Assembly (NCBI GenBank): GCA_963733195.1
Contig: CAVTCR010000073.1
Location: 96,001-160,000, forward strand
From: an uncultured delta proteobacterium
GTDB taxonomy: Bacteria > Desulfobacterota > Binatia > Bin18
Direction of reading: 5' to 3'
Length of the DNA: 64,000 bases
The notes under the pieces were generated by a model, which worked only from the letters and a program-made list of their open reading frames with translations, was not told the DNA's origin and did no database searches. Of the stretch, positions 21,728-33,390 are shown piece after piece. Position numbers and translations under genes: made by a program. How positions within the stretch are numbered: the stretch's first letter is position 1; each line of letters opens with the position of its first letter.

Positions 21728-22198
21728 ATGAAACCGGACTGTCCCGCGCAGTTTCACGGAATTGATCACGTGGTGCTCCAAGTAACCGATAGTGAACGGG
21801 CCCTCCATTTTTACACCCAGATCCTGGGGCTCACGGTTGAGCGAGTCATTGAAGACCTGCAGATTTACCAGCTCCGTTGTGGCCGGAATCTCATTGACTT
21901 GCGTGTGTTGCCACAGGGCAAGACGCTGGCGGCGAAGGAGGAACGGGGCATAGACCATCTCTGCCTTATGCTGCAAGAGGGCGTCGACGCCATCGTCAAC
22001 TATCTCAAGGAGCACGACGTACCGATCATGTTTGGCCCCGTCGAATCGTACGGCGCCACGGGGTTCGGCACCTCCGTGTACGTCTTGGACCCGGACGGGC
22101 ACACACTCGAATTGAAGGCTGCCTACGCCCAGTATCCCATGCGGACCACCGCCAAAGAAGCAATGGCGGGTCTAACCCGGCCCGGGACAAAGCCATAG
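21728..22198 (+). CDS. VOC/glyoxalase family protein
   Basis: IDHVVL, DHLCL and YVLDPDGHTLEL motifs. Confidence 0.9.
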   Translation: MKPDCPAQFHGIDHVVLQVTDSERALHFYTQILGLTVERVIEDLQIYQLRCGRNLIDLRVLPQGKTLAAKEERGIDHLCLMLQEGVDAIVNYLKEHDVPIMFGPVESYGATGFGTSVYVLDPDGHTLELKAAYAQYPMRTTAKEAMAGLTRPGTKP

Positions 22199-22301
22199 CC
22201 CGACGGTAGGCGTTGTCAACGTGTTAGCCGTTTCCCTAAGTGATCACTTGCCGGTTCGGGTACAGAGGCCATGGCGGCGGCCCGGAAAGGAGACTTTTAC
22301 T

Positions 22302-22962
22302 ATGCCCTATCGTGTTGAGCGTATCGACCCGCAACGCACTGCCCTGATCGTGGTGGACATGGAGAATGATTTCGTCGCGCCAGGCGCCCCTATGGAAACG
22401 CCTGCCGGGCGCGCCATGCTGCCCACGCTCAAGCGCGCTCTTACCTGTTGTCGCAAGCAAGGTATCCAGATCATCTACACCACTCACGCCCATCGACGCG
22501 ATGGCTGCGACATGGGCCGCTTCGCCGACCTGTGGCTGCCGATCAGGCACGGGACTGGTCTGGTGGACGGTGAGCCTGGCATCGAGATCTATCCTGAGAT
22601 TGCGCCCCAGGCTGAGGAGTTCATCATCAAGAAGCGCCGCTATAGCGCCTTTTATGGCACCGATCTAGAGATCATCCTCCGCGGCCTGGGTATAAACACC
22701 GTGGTCATCTCCGGCGTTACCACCGAGAACTGCTGCCACGCCACCGCTCGTGACGCCTTGTTCCGCGACTACAAAGTCGTATTCCTCTCCGACGCCACCG
22801 CGACCTTCGACTACCCAGATGTGGGTCAAGGGGAAATGGCGGCCGCAGAGGTACACCGCGTCACGTTTGGTGATCCTCTCGGTCTCCACTGCCCATGTGA
22901 TGACCACCGATGAGTTCATTGCTCGCACCGTGGTCGCCCGGCCTGTGGCTGCGGTCGGTTGA
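22302..22962 (+). CDS. isochorismatase-like cysteine hydrolase (frameshift near 22866)
   Basis: ALIVVDMENDF, KRRYSAFYGT and GVTTENCCHATARDA motifs. Confidence 0.88.
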
Positions 22963-22984
22963 GGTTGTCGGCTGCACTTGTCTC

Positions 22985-23113
22985 CTTTCAAGAACCGTTC
23001 CACCGGATTGAGCTCCAGGCTATAGGGCGGGAGGCGGCGCGGCGCGACATGGCGGGGTCACGCCACCTGCTGGCTGACATGACTGGGACTGTTGTCCAAA
23101 ACAGCGCCAAGAT
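22985..23113 (-). pseudogene. IS630 DDE-domain remnant
   Basis: manual translation VLDNSPSH...*...RLPPYSLELNPVERF. Confidence 0.7.
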
Positions 23114-23291
23114 GGGCTTTGTCAACTTGTTAGGTACTATATGGTATGGCAAATTTGCAACATGAATACCCTGTCTGATGCAAAGAAACAGAAAAATCAT
23201 CGGTTTCCCGTCGAAATCATCAACCACGCGACAGCGTGACTGACACATGCATGAGGCATGGTAATCGCATAGGAATCCGAGGCAGAGCAGT

Positions 23292-24620
23292 ATGAGCCAC
23301 AAGCAACGCGCACATGCATCTCGCAGGTTTTCTGATCGCCGGGCCGGTGGCGCATAGTCATGCGCTCTGGCGCCATCCGGCGCACGCCGTGCCGTTTCTG
23401 TCGGTAGACTATTACGTCGAGATTGCGCAACTGCTCGAACGGGGTCGCTTTGATCTGCTCTTCTTTGCCGATCGCCTCGCCATCGCCGACCGCTATGGCA
23501 GCGATAAAACTGTCGGCCTACGCTATGGCGATCAAGATGCGACGCGACTCGATCCCATGCCTATTCTCGGCGCACTGGCCGCCACGACTGGACATATCGG
23601 TTTGGGAGCCACGCGGTCGACAACCTACGAGCAACCCTATCATCTCGCACGCGAATTCCGCACGCTCGATCATCTTTCACAGGGCCGAGCGGCGTGGAAT
23701 GTGGTGACCTCAATGAACGACGGTGAGGCGCTCAATTTCGGTCGCAGCTGAACACCTCAGTCATAACGAGCGCTATGACCGAGCGGACGAATTCATGGAG
23801 CTGATAGGTAAGCTATGGGAGAGCTGGGAGCAGGACGCTCTCATCCTCGATCGCGCTCAGGGTCTTTACGCGGACCCGGACAAAGTCCACTACGTCTAGC
23901 TTGCAGGTCGCTATTTCACCTCGCGTGGTCCGTTGAATATTCCTCACAGTCCCCAGGGACGTCCGGTAATTATCCAAGCGGGTGCCTCAGCGCGCGGTCA
24001 GACCTTCGCAGCCAAATGGGCAGAGGTCATCTTTCAGATCGCCCCGACCCGCACGCACATGCGGCGTGCGACCGCAGGCATCCGGGAAGCAGTCGCGCAA
24101 CTCGGACGGAAATCTGAAGACTGTAAAGTCTTAACGGCGGTGATGCCGTTTATCGGCCGCACCGAGCGGGAAGCGCAGGACACCCGCGATCAGATCAATG
24201 CACTAGTCAATCCCTTGGTCGGGCTGTCGACGCTCTCTGCCCATGCCAATGTGGATCTGGCCACGGTCGCTCTCGATGCACAGGTGGAAGACCTGCGCGA
24301 AGTTACGGCACACAGAGCTTGATTGCCCTGGCAGCGCAGCACGCCAAGGAGCACGGGCTCACAATGCGTGACCTTGGCCAACACTACGGCGAAAGCATTC
24401 TTGTGCCACAACTCTGCGGGACGGCTACTCAGATTGCGGAGCAGTTAACCGAGATGTTTACGTCGGGTGACGCTGACGGCTTCGTCATTTCGCCCGCGCT
24501 ACTACCGGACTCGTTTGCAGCCTTTGTCGAAGGACGGTTGTCCCGGAGCTGCAGCGCATGGGAGTGTTCCGGGAGGAGTATGCAGCAACGACGCTCCGCG
24601 GTAATTTATGCACGCCATAA
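23292..24620 (+). pseudogene. NtaA/DmoA/SnaA-family FMN-dependent monooxygenase pseudogene
   Basis: MHLAGF, FFAD, LDHLSQGRAAWNVVTS, PQGRPVIIQAGAS; several frameshifts plus an in-frame TAG at 23897. Confidence 0.88.
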
Positions 24621-24874
24621 GGACGAACACGGCGGATCGTAAAGCAGGAGCACAGGGCAAGACAGGAGACGGATGACATGGCCGACGTGGTCGCTCCACA
24701 CCGAACGAGGTGCGTTGCAGGAGATACGGAACATCGACAGCGGTTGTACCATTGGTAGCGCTGTTCGTTTCCTTTCATACCATCACCGCCAGTGAATATC
24801 CTCACTGTGAAGACCGCTTTCATGTCCATTGACGAGGGGACAACAGTGCGGTGGGAACGGCCTGCCGCACGAGT

Positions 24875-25012
24875 TCATGCTGATGTCGCAGCGAGGAGAC
24901 GTTGCACTTCGTGCACCACCCAGTCGACACGATCTTTACCCCAAAACCGTTTCCCATTGACAACCTAGGTTGGTACTCCCGACACCTCATCGCGGTCAAA
25001 GGCGGCCAGCGC
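24875..25012 (-). pseudogene. DsbA/HCCA-isomerase-like C-terminal remnant
   Basis: VSGVPT..VNGKRFWGKDRVDWV. Confidence 0.55.
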
Positions 25013-25303
25013 CAGATTAGGCATGGGGACCGGACCAAAGCTCGTGTGTACGATGCTCTGCCATTGCCCTTTGCTTAGAGATGTTTCCGTCCACACGCGG
25101 CGCAGTGGCGGTGCTGGGCAAGATAGGTTGTTGTCTGCTGCTCGACCGCATTTCGTCTGTACGTTTGCCACAAGTTCTTTGCCCTCGGCAAGAGTTAAGC
25201 CCAACGTCTCCATGGTGGGTGCGTCTTTGCTCACGGCCAGCCCTTCCCAGCGTTGCTGGGTCCCGTAATCCCCTATGCAGATCACTTCAATACAGAAGTT
25301 CAT
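25013..25303 (-). pseudogene. ISKra4-family transposase N-terminal remnant
   Basis: METLGLTLAEGKELVANVQ...HTSFGPV. Confidence 0.7.
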
Positions 25304-25935
25304 CGCCACCACCTCCGCTGCTGCATGAGAGACGCTAACCGTTCATTAGCTTCCTTGCGACTGAACCGTGTTGGTGTCAGTGGCCCAGTACGTGCGAGCC
25401 GTTCCTCGACACTTTTCCAACCAGTTGTGACGGCTTCTTCAAAAACCGGCCAGTCAACGTCAGATTCATCACTATAAACCTGGGCTAAGAGTTTCATCGA
25501 CCCGGCGATGGTGGCTGGGTCGCTGATCTGCGGGCTTGCCGCCTGCTGCTTGAGCATCAGCCGATAACCACGTGGTCCGCCGCAGCTTTCTGGTGGTGCG
25601 AATCCTCGCCCCTCTAAACATTCCGGATCGCGTTTGTCTGGACTCCCGTCTTGCACGTCCAAGACTCGGATCTCTCATTCCCAGAGATCAAGCGTATTAC
25701 AGATGTAGAGCAATTTCTCTTGCCGACGCAACTGAAAATCACGCAGTCGCTTGTCACGGAAGCGTCGTTGGTAGCTATTGAACTCCTGCCCATACACCCG
25801 AATGATGAAACCCAGCTCGTGCTGCCAGCCTAGCATGCTGAGGAACACGTCATGGAGTTCGGTAATTTCGACATCATCGGAGATCGCGAACACCCGCGCC
25901 ACAATCGGGTTCACGTCATTTAATACCGCACGCAA
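25300..25935 (-). pseudogene. pRiA4b ORF-3 / IS passenger protein with internal stop
   Basis: ELHDVFLSMLGW, DLWE*EIRV, GRGFAPPESCGGPRGY; directly upstream of the ISKra4 transposase. Confidence 0.75.
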
Positions 25936-26007
25936 AATGCAATAGCTTAAAGGGAGGGGGAATGGTATTTCTCATACCCCCAGCTTACTCCCTAACCGCT
26001 TCCTTAC

Positions 26008-26116
26008 GGTACTGTCGCAAAGTTGATAGTAACACTCTGTTATCTACAATTAGTGGTGTTTTTCACACTAGCGCATTTCAAGATATGGTATAGTCGGTAA
26101 ACTTTGCGACAGTACC
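26008..26116 (+). mobile_element. 109-bp MITE with IS6-type inverted repeats (copy 1)
   Basis: perfect 17-bp IR GGTACTGTCGCAAAGTT / AACTTTGCGACAGTACC; no ORF. Confidence 0.85.
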
Positions 26117-26913
26117 CTGCGCCTCGGGATAGTGCTGGGTGAGCAACGGCTGCATGAATTGGGCATAGTCACTGGCGGTGCGGCATTCGCGGACCTCGAC
26201 ATAGCGAAAGCCGGTATGGGGCTCAAACGCGAGGGACACAGAACATGAGCCGTTCTTTCTGGTATTCATAATGATACCGTTTCGCTTTGCCGGGACTCAT
26301 GGGCAGAATCCCGCCGACCTCCTCAATCAGAAAGCAGGGCCGTTCATCGAAGCAGAGTAACGGATGGCGAACGTCGTAAGGGAGCTGATAGTGATGAAGG
26401 ATATCTTCCATATGCCACACGTAAGCGCCGGTAATGTCGCCCATACACCACTGCTCACTCAACCACGGCTTGAGTTTATTTTTTTTAGTACGCGCCGCAC
26501 GCTCTCATGGGAAATCGACTCCGTCACCGCAAGTTCCACCACCTTGTCGGCCATCAACTGCAACGTCCAGCGACCCCGGCCCGTTGGGGGTGTACTGCAG
26601 GCAATCATCGCGACCTTGGCTTCCACCCGACTATCCGGCGTAATCGGACGCCCACTGCGGGGCGCGTCGTGGAGCAGCTCGAGAATAGGGGCCTGCCCCT
26701 TCTGCTGATATTTCTTGCGCACGTTGTACACTGTCCCCCGCGATACTCCCAAGATGCTCGGTCAGATCTTGTTCTTTCCGTCCTTCGTCCAACAACAGTA
26801 ACATCCGCACTCGGGTAATCGCGCGCGCACTGTTTTTCCCGTGGCCGACAAAGTCCTCCAAGGCTTTGCGTTTCCCTTTGGGTTAATGTGACGACTCGTG
26901 GTTTCGTAGGCAT
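26117..26913 (-). pseudogene. IS630-family transposase, frameshifted and truncated by the MITE
   Basis: PRSGRP, GRWTLQL, VRRVLKK-(A8 slip)-KLKPW, CFDERP and YHYEY motifs. Confidence 0.88.
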
Positions 26914-27373
26914 CCTTCCCTCCTGCTGATGGCGGGAGGATATGAAACTCGCCCTTCTTGCTCAAAATCTTTTGTGAAAGACCACTTAACGGAAAATTCG
27001 GCAAGTAGAAAACTCGCGACAAAACCCAGATGTGCGCCTCTCTCCCTTGTTTCACACGCTCACGCCACTAACCCTCCAAGTCGTGGATATAGCAAGATGA
27101 ACGAATCTGAACAGCAAGACGAACAGTTTGGGGCTCAAGGCGAACCAATTGTGTGAAGTAGAATGCGGTCCTGTACAGGAAGATGCAGGGGTGTAGCCCC
27201 AGAGACGCAAACGAATGTAACGATTTCCATTGAAATGACAAATACTTGGGAACACCATTCCGAGGGTTTGGTCTCAACGTCCTTAAGGGCAGAAGTTGGT
27301 CAGCAGTAAGGACATAGGGTGGCGCCAAGGGTGTTCAATCCTGCACTCGAGGGGAAAAGAGGAAGGAGCAGAT

Positions 27374-27737
27374 ATGGAACTACATGACGAGTCCCAAGAG
27401 CTCATCACATTGGCTGATCTGGTCCCGGTCCAGCTCAGTGATCCGATTGCCGTACGGCTGCGGATGAAGGGAGAATTTCGCCTGTTGTGGGCGGTGCTCG
27501 AAGATGGGATCGAGTGCTACCTGCGCTATGGTGACCATCCTTCTGCGGTGCTGCGGGAACTCTTCCAGGAGGCGAACGACTGGATTGAAGCTAAAGAAGG
27601 AGAAGGCCTCTGTAGTTTTATTGGCATCTGTGGGGCATTTCAGATTGATCCTAGTTATCTCCGGCGTGGTCTCCGGCGTCGGTTACGAGACAATCCGCCA
27701 GCACCAGACGCTGGGTCCGCTCAAACAGGCGGCGTAA
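27374..27737 (+). CDS. uncharacterised small protein, paralogue 1 (GE-RL--AVL-D family); frameshift near 27688
   Basis: GEFRLLWAVLEDGIECY...FQEANDWI...SFIGICGAFQIDPSYLRRGL; RBS AAGGAG. Confidence 0.75.
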
Positions 27738-27770
27738 CCAAAGCGGGGGCACGGAAGGAAGACATTTTTT

Positions 27771-27879
27771 GGATCTGTCGCAAAGTTTACGAACTATACC
27801 ATATAGTGAAATGTTCGAGCGTGAAAAACACTCCCGATTGTAGATAACAGAGTGTTACTATCAACTTTGTGACAGAGCC
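27771..27879 (-). mobile_element. 109-bp IS6-type MITE (copy 2, inverted)
   Basis: reverse complement aligns end to end with 26008-26116 (AAAGTTGATAGTAACACTCTGTTATCTACAAT shared). Confidence 0.85.
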
Positions 27880-27973
27880 GTTTTTCTTCCCCCAGGTGGG
27901 TTGTCGCTGTCCGTCCTCTGCGTGACTGTGTGGACAGTCCCCTGGGGCAGAGTGCCACGAAAGGGATGAAGTC

Positions 27974-28291
27974 ATGACCGAACCCCCGCTTGACCCGCAG
28001 CGTGCCTATGAAGCCTTAGCGGAGGCCCTCCGACTCTTCTATGCGCAACCGCCCACTGATCAGGCCCTTACCGCAGTGCGGGATGCGGTTACACATGCGA
28101 CGGAGGTGTGGCAGAGGTGCGAGTTGCACCGCGCCACCAGCACGAAGGAGTTTCGCGCTCACGTGGTCAGACTCAAATTGCTCTTGGCCGGCGTGTACCA
28201 GACCCTCGACGTCCTCCCTGGTGTGCCCTGCCAGGCGGCCTCACCGTCCTCTCCCGCGGTCAGCCCCTCTATTCGACATGAGAAACACTGA
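27974..28291 (+). CDS. hypothetical protein
   Basis: ATG ORF, helical-looking, no recognised motif. Confidence 0.4.
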   Translation: MTEPPLDPQRAYEALAEALRLFYAQPPTDQALTAVRDAVTHATEVWQRCELHRATSTKEFRAHVVRLKLLLAGVYQTLDVLPGVPCQAASPSSPAVSPSIRHEKH

Positions 28292-28609
28292 AGAGTTGGC
28301 GGGCGTACCGGAGAGCGCGGACCGTTCTCCCCTGCCCAATTTTGCCACAGACGAAAGCCCGGCCGACGCCCTCCGCTGGAGTTTGCGAAGTTCTTTGGTG
28401 CTCTGCGGTCATGATGGTGTTGATAGGCGTGAGAATGCCCTGGAACGTCTATACAAGGGCGCGCAACTTGATGTCGCCTCGGCGCAACACGTGCAGGCCT
28501 TCAAAACCTTCCAGAAAGCGGTCGTGTTTCAGATGTGTTGATAACGGGCTACAAACTTCTGATTTTTAATGTCTTTTAAGAAAGCCAGCAACAATTCTGC
28601 GACACTACC

Positions 28610-29047
28610 CCGTTTGTCCCGCAGCAGAATATCGATGACTTGCTCATGTTGATCTACCGCACGATAGAGATAGTGCTTGTGTCCACCGCGGAAGCAGAAC
28701 ACTTCGTCTACGTACCACCGCCGCCCCTATCGTCTCCGGTAGTGATGGAGCGCCTTGGCTAATTGAGGTCCGAAGGTTTGCACCCACTTAAGCACCGTGC
28801 GCGCTGAGACATCGATATGGCGCTTAGCTAAGAGTTGCATGACGTGGGCGGCCGCCAGCGGGTAGCAGGCATACCAACGCATGGCGGTGAGGATCACGTC
28901 GGGCGGCCAGCGATAGCCCGAGAACATCGACGTGGAGGCAGCCGTAAAATCACGCTGGCAAGGACTGCAGCCATAGCGCTGTCGACCCCGTTGGTCATAG
29001 CCGTCTCGTTTCGTAGCTGGCCGTTGACAAAAAGGGCAATGTATCAC
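28610..29047 (-). pseudogene. IS6-family transposase with N-terminal zinc finger, truncated
   Basis: CPFC..CSPC, FSGYRWPPDVIL, RR*GRRWYVDEVF..YLYRAVDQ; cut by an IS6-like IR ending at 28609. Confidence 0.82.
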
Positions 29048-29541
29048 GGATCCAGAGTGTACATGAGCACCAGCTAAATTCGCAAACTCCTAGTGACGGC
29101 TGTCTCCCTGCTACGGTCTGTGGTGCCTTCACAACATATATCGCTCCATGAAGCGATCCATCTCGATGTCCGGCACGTCAAGATTTTCAGACACAGGCCT
29201 CCACACGAAGGGCAAAGAGGGAAGCGGAGCAAATCAAGGTGTTGTTGCGATGCGCGGCGCGGCACACGAGCACGGAGTTCAGCACGGCACCGTCACCCCC
29301 ACCGCGTGGTAGAAGGGAGGAGCTAAGGTGAGCCTGCCCTCGGCTCCCCGCTACTGCCGACCAGCCGCGCGCATGCTATGGTAGCGGACGACTCCACGCG
29401 GTACGGCGTGGAAGAGAAAGAGCAAGGCTATGGTGAACGACGTGTCGCCTTCTGACCGCCGTCAGCGGAGACAGGGGTTTCTCAATCCGCAGCTGGTGCC
29501 GTCTAGTCTTCAGAGAAGGTATTTTCGATGCGATTTATAAG

Positions 29542-30884
29542 CAATACTTCGGACATTTTTTTGAGCGATCGGGGTTAACAAGGAAGGCCACGAACTGCTT
29601 GAATATGAGTGTGCAACTCCCACTCAGGCGGTTCATGGCCTATGACAATTGTCAGTGACATACTGCAGCAGATGCCGGCAGTCCGTCAACCACAACGAAA
29701 GTTTCTTATGGTGTTGTTTGCTACGATCCTCGCTCTGCGCGAGCGCGTGACCGGACGCAATCTGAGTCGCTACTGCGACTACTCTGAGCGGACGATTGCG
29801 CGCCAGTTCCGAGCTTCTTTCGATTGGCCGGAGTTTCATCACCGTGATGATGACAGCGGCGCTCGATCCATGCTCAGAACTCATCTCGGTGCCGGATGCG
29901 TCGTTCATTCCGAAGAGCGGCAAACAGACGTTCGGCCTGGGGCACTTCTTCAACGGCTGCGCGAATCGGGCGGAACCGGGACTGGAGATTTCGACGCTGG
30001 CAGTGGTGGACGTTACCCGCCGCTGTGCGTTCACGCTTGCCGTGGCGCAGACCCCGCCCGGCAAGGCGGACACGACGGAAGGACAAGCGCGAGGAGGAGA
30101 CGCGCATGGATTTCTATAAACAACAACTCCATGACCAGCGCCACCGGTTGCCCAGCAGGATCCGCTATCACTGCGTCGACGGCTACTTTGCCAAGCAGAC
30201 GTACATAGATGAGGGAGTGGCACTGAATCTGCACCCCATCACCAAACTACGCCACGACGCCAACGGTTTGTTTCTCTATACCGGGCCACATCCCAAGCGG
30301 CGAGGGCGACGACGCAAGTATGACGGCAAGGTCAACTTTCACGACTTGTCCCGATTTGAAGTGCTTGGCACGCTAGAGGAGAAACCGCATATCCATTTAT
30401 ACACGGCGGTGGTGTGGCACGTCTCCCTCAAGCGCCAGCTGCGCGTGGTGGTCCTCGTCAATTGGAAAGATCCCACCAAACCGCGTACATTGTCTTGGCC
30501 TCCACGGATGTGGCGCTGGACGGGCGCAAGTTGGTGGAGTTATACATCGCCCGCTTCCAGATTGAGTTCCTCTTCCGCGACAGCAAACAGTTCACTGGCC
30601 TCACCGATTGTCAGGCGCGTGCTGCACCGGTCCTCGATTTTCATTTCAATGCCGCGCTGGCGACACTCAATCTGGCCCGGACCGAGGAATTGCAGGCCCA
30701 GACCGAGCCAAAGCCCCACGTCTTCTCGATGGCGAGTTGGAAACAACGGCATTTCAATGAACGATTGCTCGATGTCTTTATTGCAAACTTAGCGCTTGAC
30801 CCCATGTGGGTGAAAAATCATCCCGGCTATGAGAAACTCAGAACTTACGGCGCTATTGCTGCCTGATTTTTGTCCGAACTATTG
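29542..30884 (+). mobile_element. IS4-superfamily (IS701/ISH3-like) insertion sequence; transposase 29642-30866 frameshifted
   Basis: IRs CAATACTTCGGACA / TGTCCGAACTATTG; 5-bp target duplication ATAAG on both sides; DASF, DGYF and YIARFQIEFLFRDSKQ motifs. Confidence 0.9.
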
Positions 30885-30956
30885 ATAAGTAGAATCTTCA
30901 ATAAGTAGACTCAAATACTTAGCTCAAAGTTTGTCCCGGAAGAGACTTAGTGTGGT

Positions 30957-31181
30957 ATGGTATCACGAGGCCTGCAAAAAGTTTTACGAGAGCATGCTCG
31001 TCTGTTATTTGGCCCTCTAGGTGGAATTGGCATTCTTTGGATCGTCACTGAATGGGTAGACCGTGCAGATTTTTTTGCCGGCATTCTTAGTGGGGAATCG
31101 GGGGTGGAAAAGATGGTAGAATGGCTTGCTTACCACCCGTCACTATTTGTTGTTGGAATTCTAGCTTCTGGGCAGTTATAG
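30957..31181 (+). CDS. small hypothetical membrane protein
   Basis: ATG ORF with two hydrophobic stretches. Confidence 0.35.
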   Translation: MVSRGLQKVLREHARLLFGPLGGIGILWIVTEWVDRADFFAGILSGESGVEKMVEWLAYHPSLFVVGILASGQL

Positions 31182-31239
31182 TTCCCACCGCTCTCTGGCG
31201 GAACCACATTGAGGGGCTGCCTCGACAATTTAATGAGGG

Positions 31240-31752
31240 ATGAGGGAGGGGACTGTGCGGCACAGACAAGTGCTCCGCGACCTTATTCATCCGGTCCACG
31301 CTAAGTGGACCGGTGCCCCCTCGTCATTTGTCACCGTAACTCGTTTTATTGAAAAGGCGGGATTTCCCCAGGGGCTCCCGCTTAAGAAGGGAGAGTTACG
31401 GCACTACGCGGAGCGCGCAGAAAAGCTGTGGTTTGGTGACCGTAAAGAGTTACTAGATTTCTGTAGGGCGATTTACCCGGCGCACGGTGAGTCGCCTTTG
31501 CTGACTCCAACCCAACGAACGCATCTCTACCTAGCGAGAACGTTGCTCGCGAAGTTTTGGGATGAATGGGGGAGGCGTTGCTACGACGAAGAAAGTATTA
31601 AGGAAGGGGTACTACTTCCGCGCTTGCAATCTTGGGAGTTGACGTTACTGACATACTTAGAAGTTGCGCTTGCTCTCCGCAACAATGAGAGATTAGAGGG
31701 GAAGCAAGGACTGTTTCGACTTGGCTACGAAGTAGCAAAAAAGAACAAATAG
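31240..31752 (+). CDS. hypothetical protein
   Basis: 170-aa ATG ORF with GAGG RBS; no motif recognised. Confidence 0.55.
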   Translation: MREGTVRHRQVLRDLIHPVHAKWTGAPSSFVTVTRFIEKAGFPQGLPLKKGELRHYAERAEKLWFGDRKELLDFCRAIYPAHGESPLLTPTQRTHLYLARTLLAKFWDEWGRRCYDEESIKEGVLLPRLQSWELTLLTYLEVALALRNNERLEGKQGLFRLGYEVAKKNK

Positions 31753-32129
31753 TGACAACGTGTTCATGCCATTACCCCCGAGTTTGGCAGCAAAATTCTC
31801 CTTATTTTTTGCTACTTTCGGTGACGTATCTCTCCTGTATCCTCTGACTCGTCCTCTCCCCAATCGTCTCGTACGCCCCAAGAGGGACGTCATTTTGAGG
31901 AGGCTACGCAATGAGACGCTTCAACGAGTCCCGAGCGAGCCATCTATTTCTACTGGCGCGTGGTCAGCGTCACCAAGATAAAGATCGTGGCTGTCAGTGC
32001 CCAAAAGAACAAGTTGAAAAGATTCCCAGCCAATACGTCGCATCATTGAGGAGCATCCGTATGCACATGAGACCTCCCGGAAAAGGGGCGACTTCGTGCC
32101 CCACCGGGTGCTCCCTCGAAAATAGTGGC

Positions 32130-33390
32130 TTAACCAGGCAACGCGAGGGAGCGCTCTTCTAGGCTTTGGACGGTCACGTGTAGCCCAAGGCGTTCGAGTC
32201 GCTTCAGGAGCATCCGTTTCCGGTGGTCGGCGTTGAGGCGGTCCACATAATCTGCACCCAATTCTCGGTCCGGCTGTTTGGCTTTGAGCCTATGATACAC
32301 TATCCCCAAGATCGTATGGGCGACGGCGACAATCGCGCGCTTCTTCCCCTTACGGGCAGCGAGGCGACGGAACCGAGTCGCCAAGTAGGTGTCCTTGGTA
32401 TGCGACGCCGCCCAAGCAGCTTGACAGAGACTACGCCGCAACCACGCGTTCCCCTTACGAGAGGTCCCCGACAAGCGCTTGCCAGCGCTCTCGTGATTGC
32501 CGGGACACAGACCCGCCCAGCTGGCCAAGTGCTGGGCAGAAGGAAACTGCTCCTTATTCACTCCGATCTCGGCCACCAGATTGGTGGCGGCGACCTCCTC
32601 AATGCCGGGAATCGTCGTACACAGGGTGATAGCGTCCTGGTACTCTGTGACATGCGCTTAAATCTGTTCGTCCAGCCTTGCAATCTGGGATTCCAGGAAT
32701 GCCAATTGTTCCCACTGCGAGACGCAACCGCCAGCGATGGTGGTCTGTGAGGCGGCCGTGGAGCGCGAGCTGCAGGGCGGGAATCTTCTCCCGCAAACGG
32801 CCGCGGGCTAGGTCAGCGCGTGTGGCGACATCTTCTTCCCCGCCAGCAGTTGGGCGGGCATAGCGCGGCCCAGAAACCCCTAACCAGTCACTCGCCACCG
32901 AGGCCAGCTTGAGGTTAGCGTCCTCCAGGATCTTTTGCCTGCGCTTGGCGACCGCCGTGTGATCCTGACGCAGACTCGTTCGCAGCCGGGTGAGGTCCCG
33001 CAGCTCCCGTATCGGCGGTGGAGGCCAGAAGCTGCCCCGCAGCAACCCCTGCTGGAGTAAGTCCGCAATCCATTGATAGTCTTTCGGGGTCAGTTTTGCG
33101 GCCGGGGACCGCTTTGATGTGCTGAGCATTGATTAGCAACACCTCAAACTGTCCTTCCAGGATGTTCCAGACCGGCTGCCAATAAACCCCCGTGGATTCC
33201 ATTGCCACATGAGTGACCTGCAGGCCGTGCAACCAGTCTGTCAACTCCAGCAGGTCGCGGGTCATGGTCCCGAACCGACGAATCTCCTGCTGGGTGGTAC
33301 CGGCAGCGTCCCGCAGAAGAACACAGGTGGTGATCCTCTTCTTGTGCACGTCCAATCCACAACAGCGAGCATACCTGACGCACCTGCCTC
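32130..33390 (-). pseudogene. second IS110-family transposase, frameshifted
   Basis: GLDVHK, MESTGVYW, PGRKTD, AEIG..FPSAQHLASWAGLCPGNHESAGK, AIVAVAH. Confidence 0.9.

Noticed and set aside
23897-23899. In-frame TAG in the monooxygenase (and TAGs in IS genes) as pyrrolysine or recoding
   Set aside because: They occur only in genes with other lesions inside the decaying mobile region.
25673-25680. In-frame TGA in the pRiA4b ORF-3-like gene as a second selenocysteine
   Set aside because: The context (LWE*EIRV) fits a Trp TGG-to-TGA mutation in a decayed IS passenger gene; no redox motif.
27180-27373. Sigma-54 promoters upstream of paralogues 1 and 2
   Set aside because: No correctly spaced GG-N10-GC consensus found upstream of paralogue 1; only a TGTC-N7-TTGC near-miss upstream of paralogue 2.
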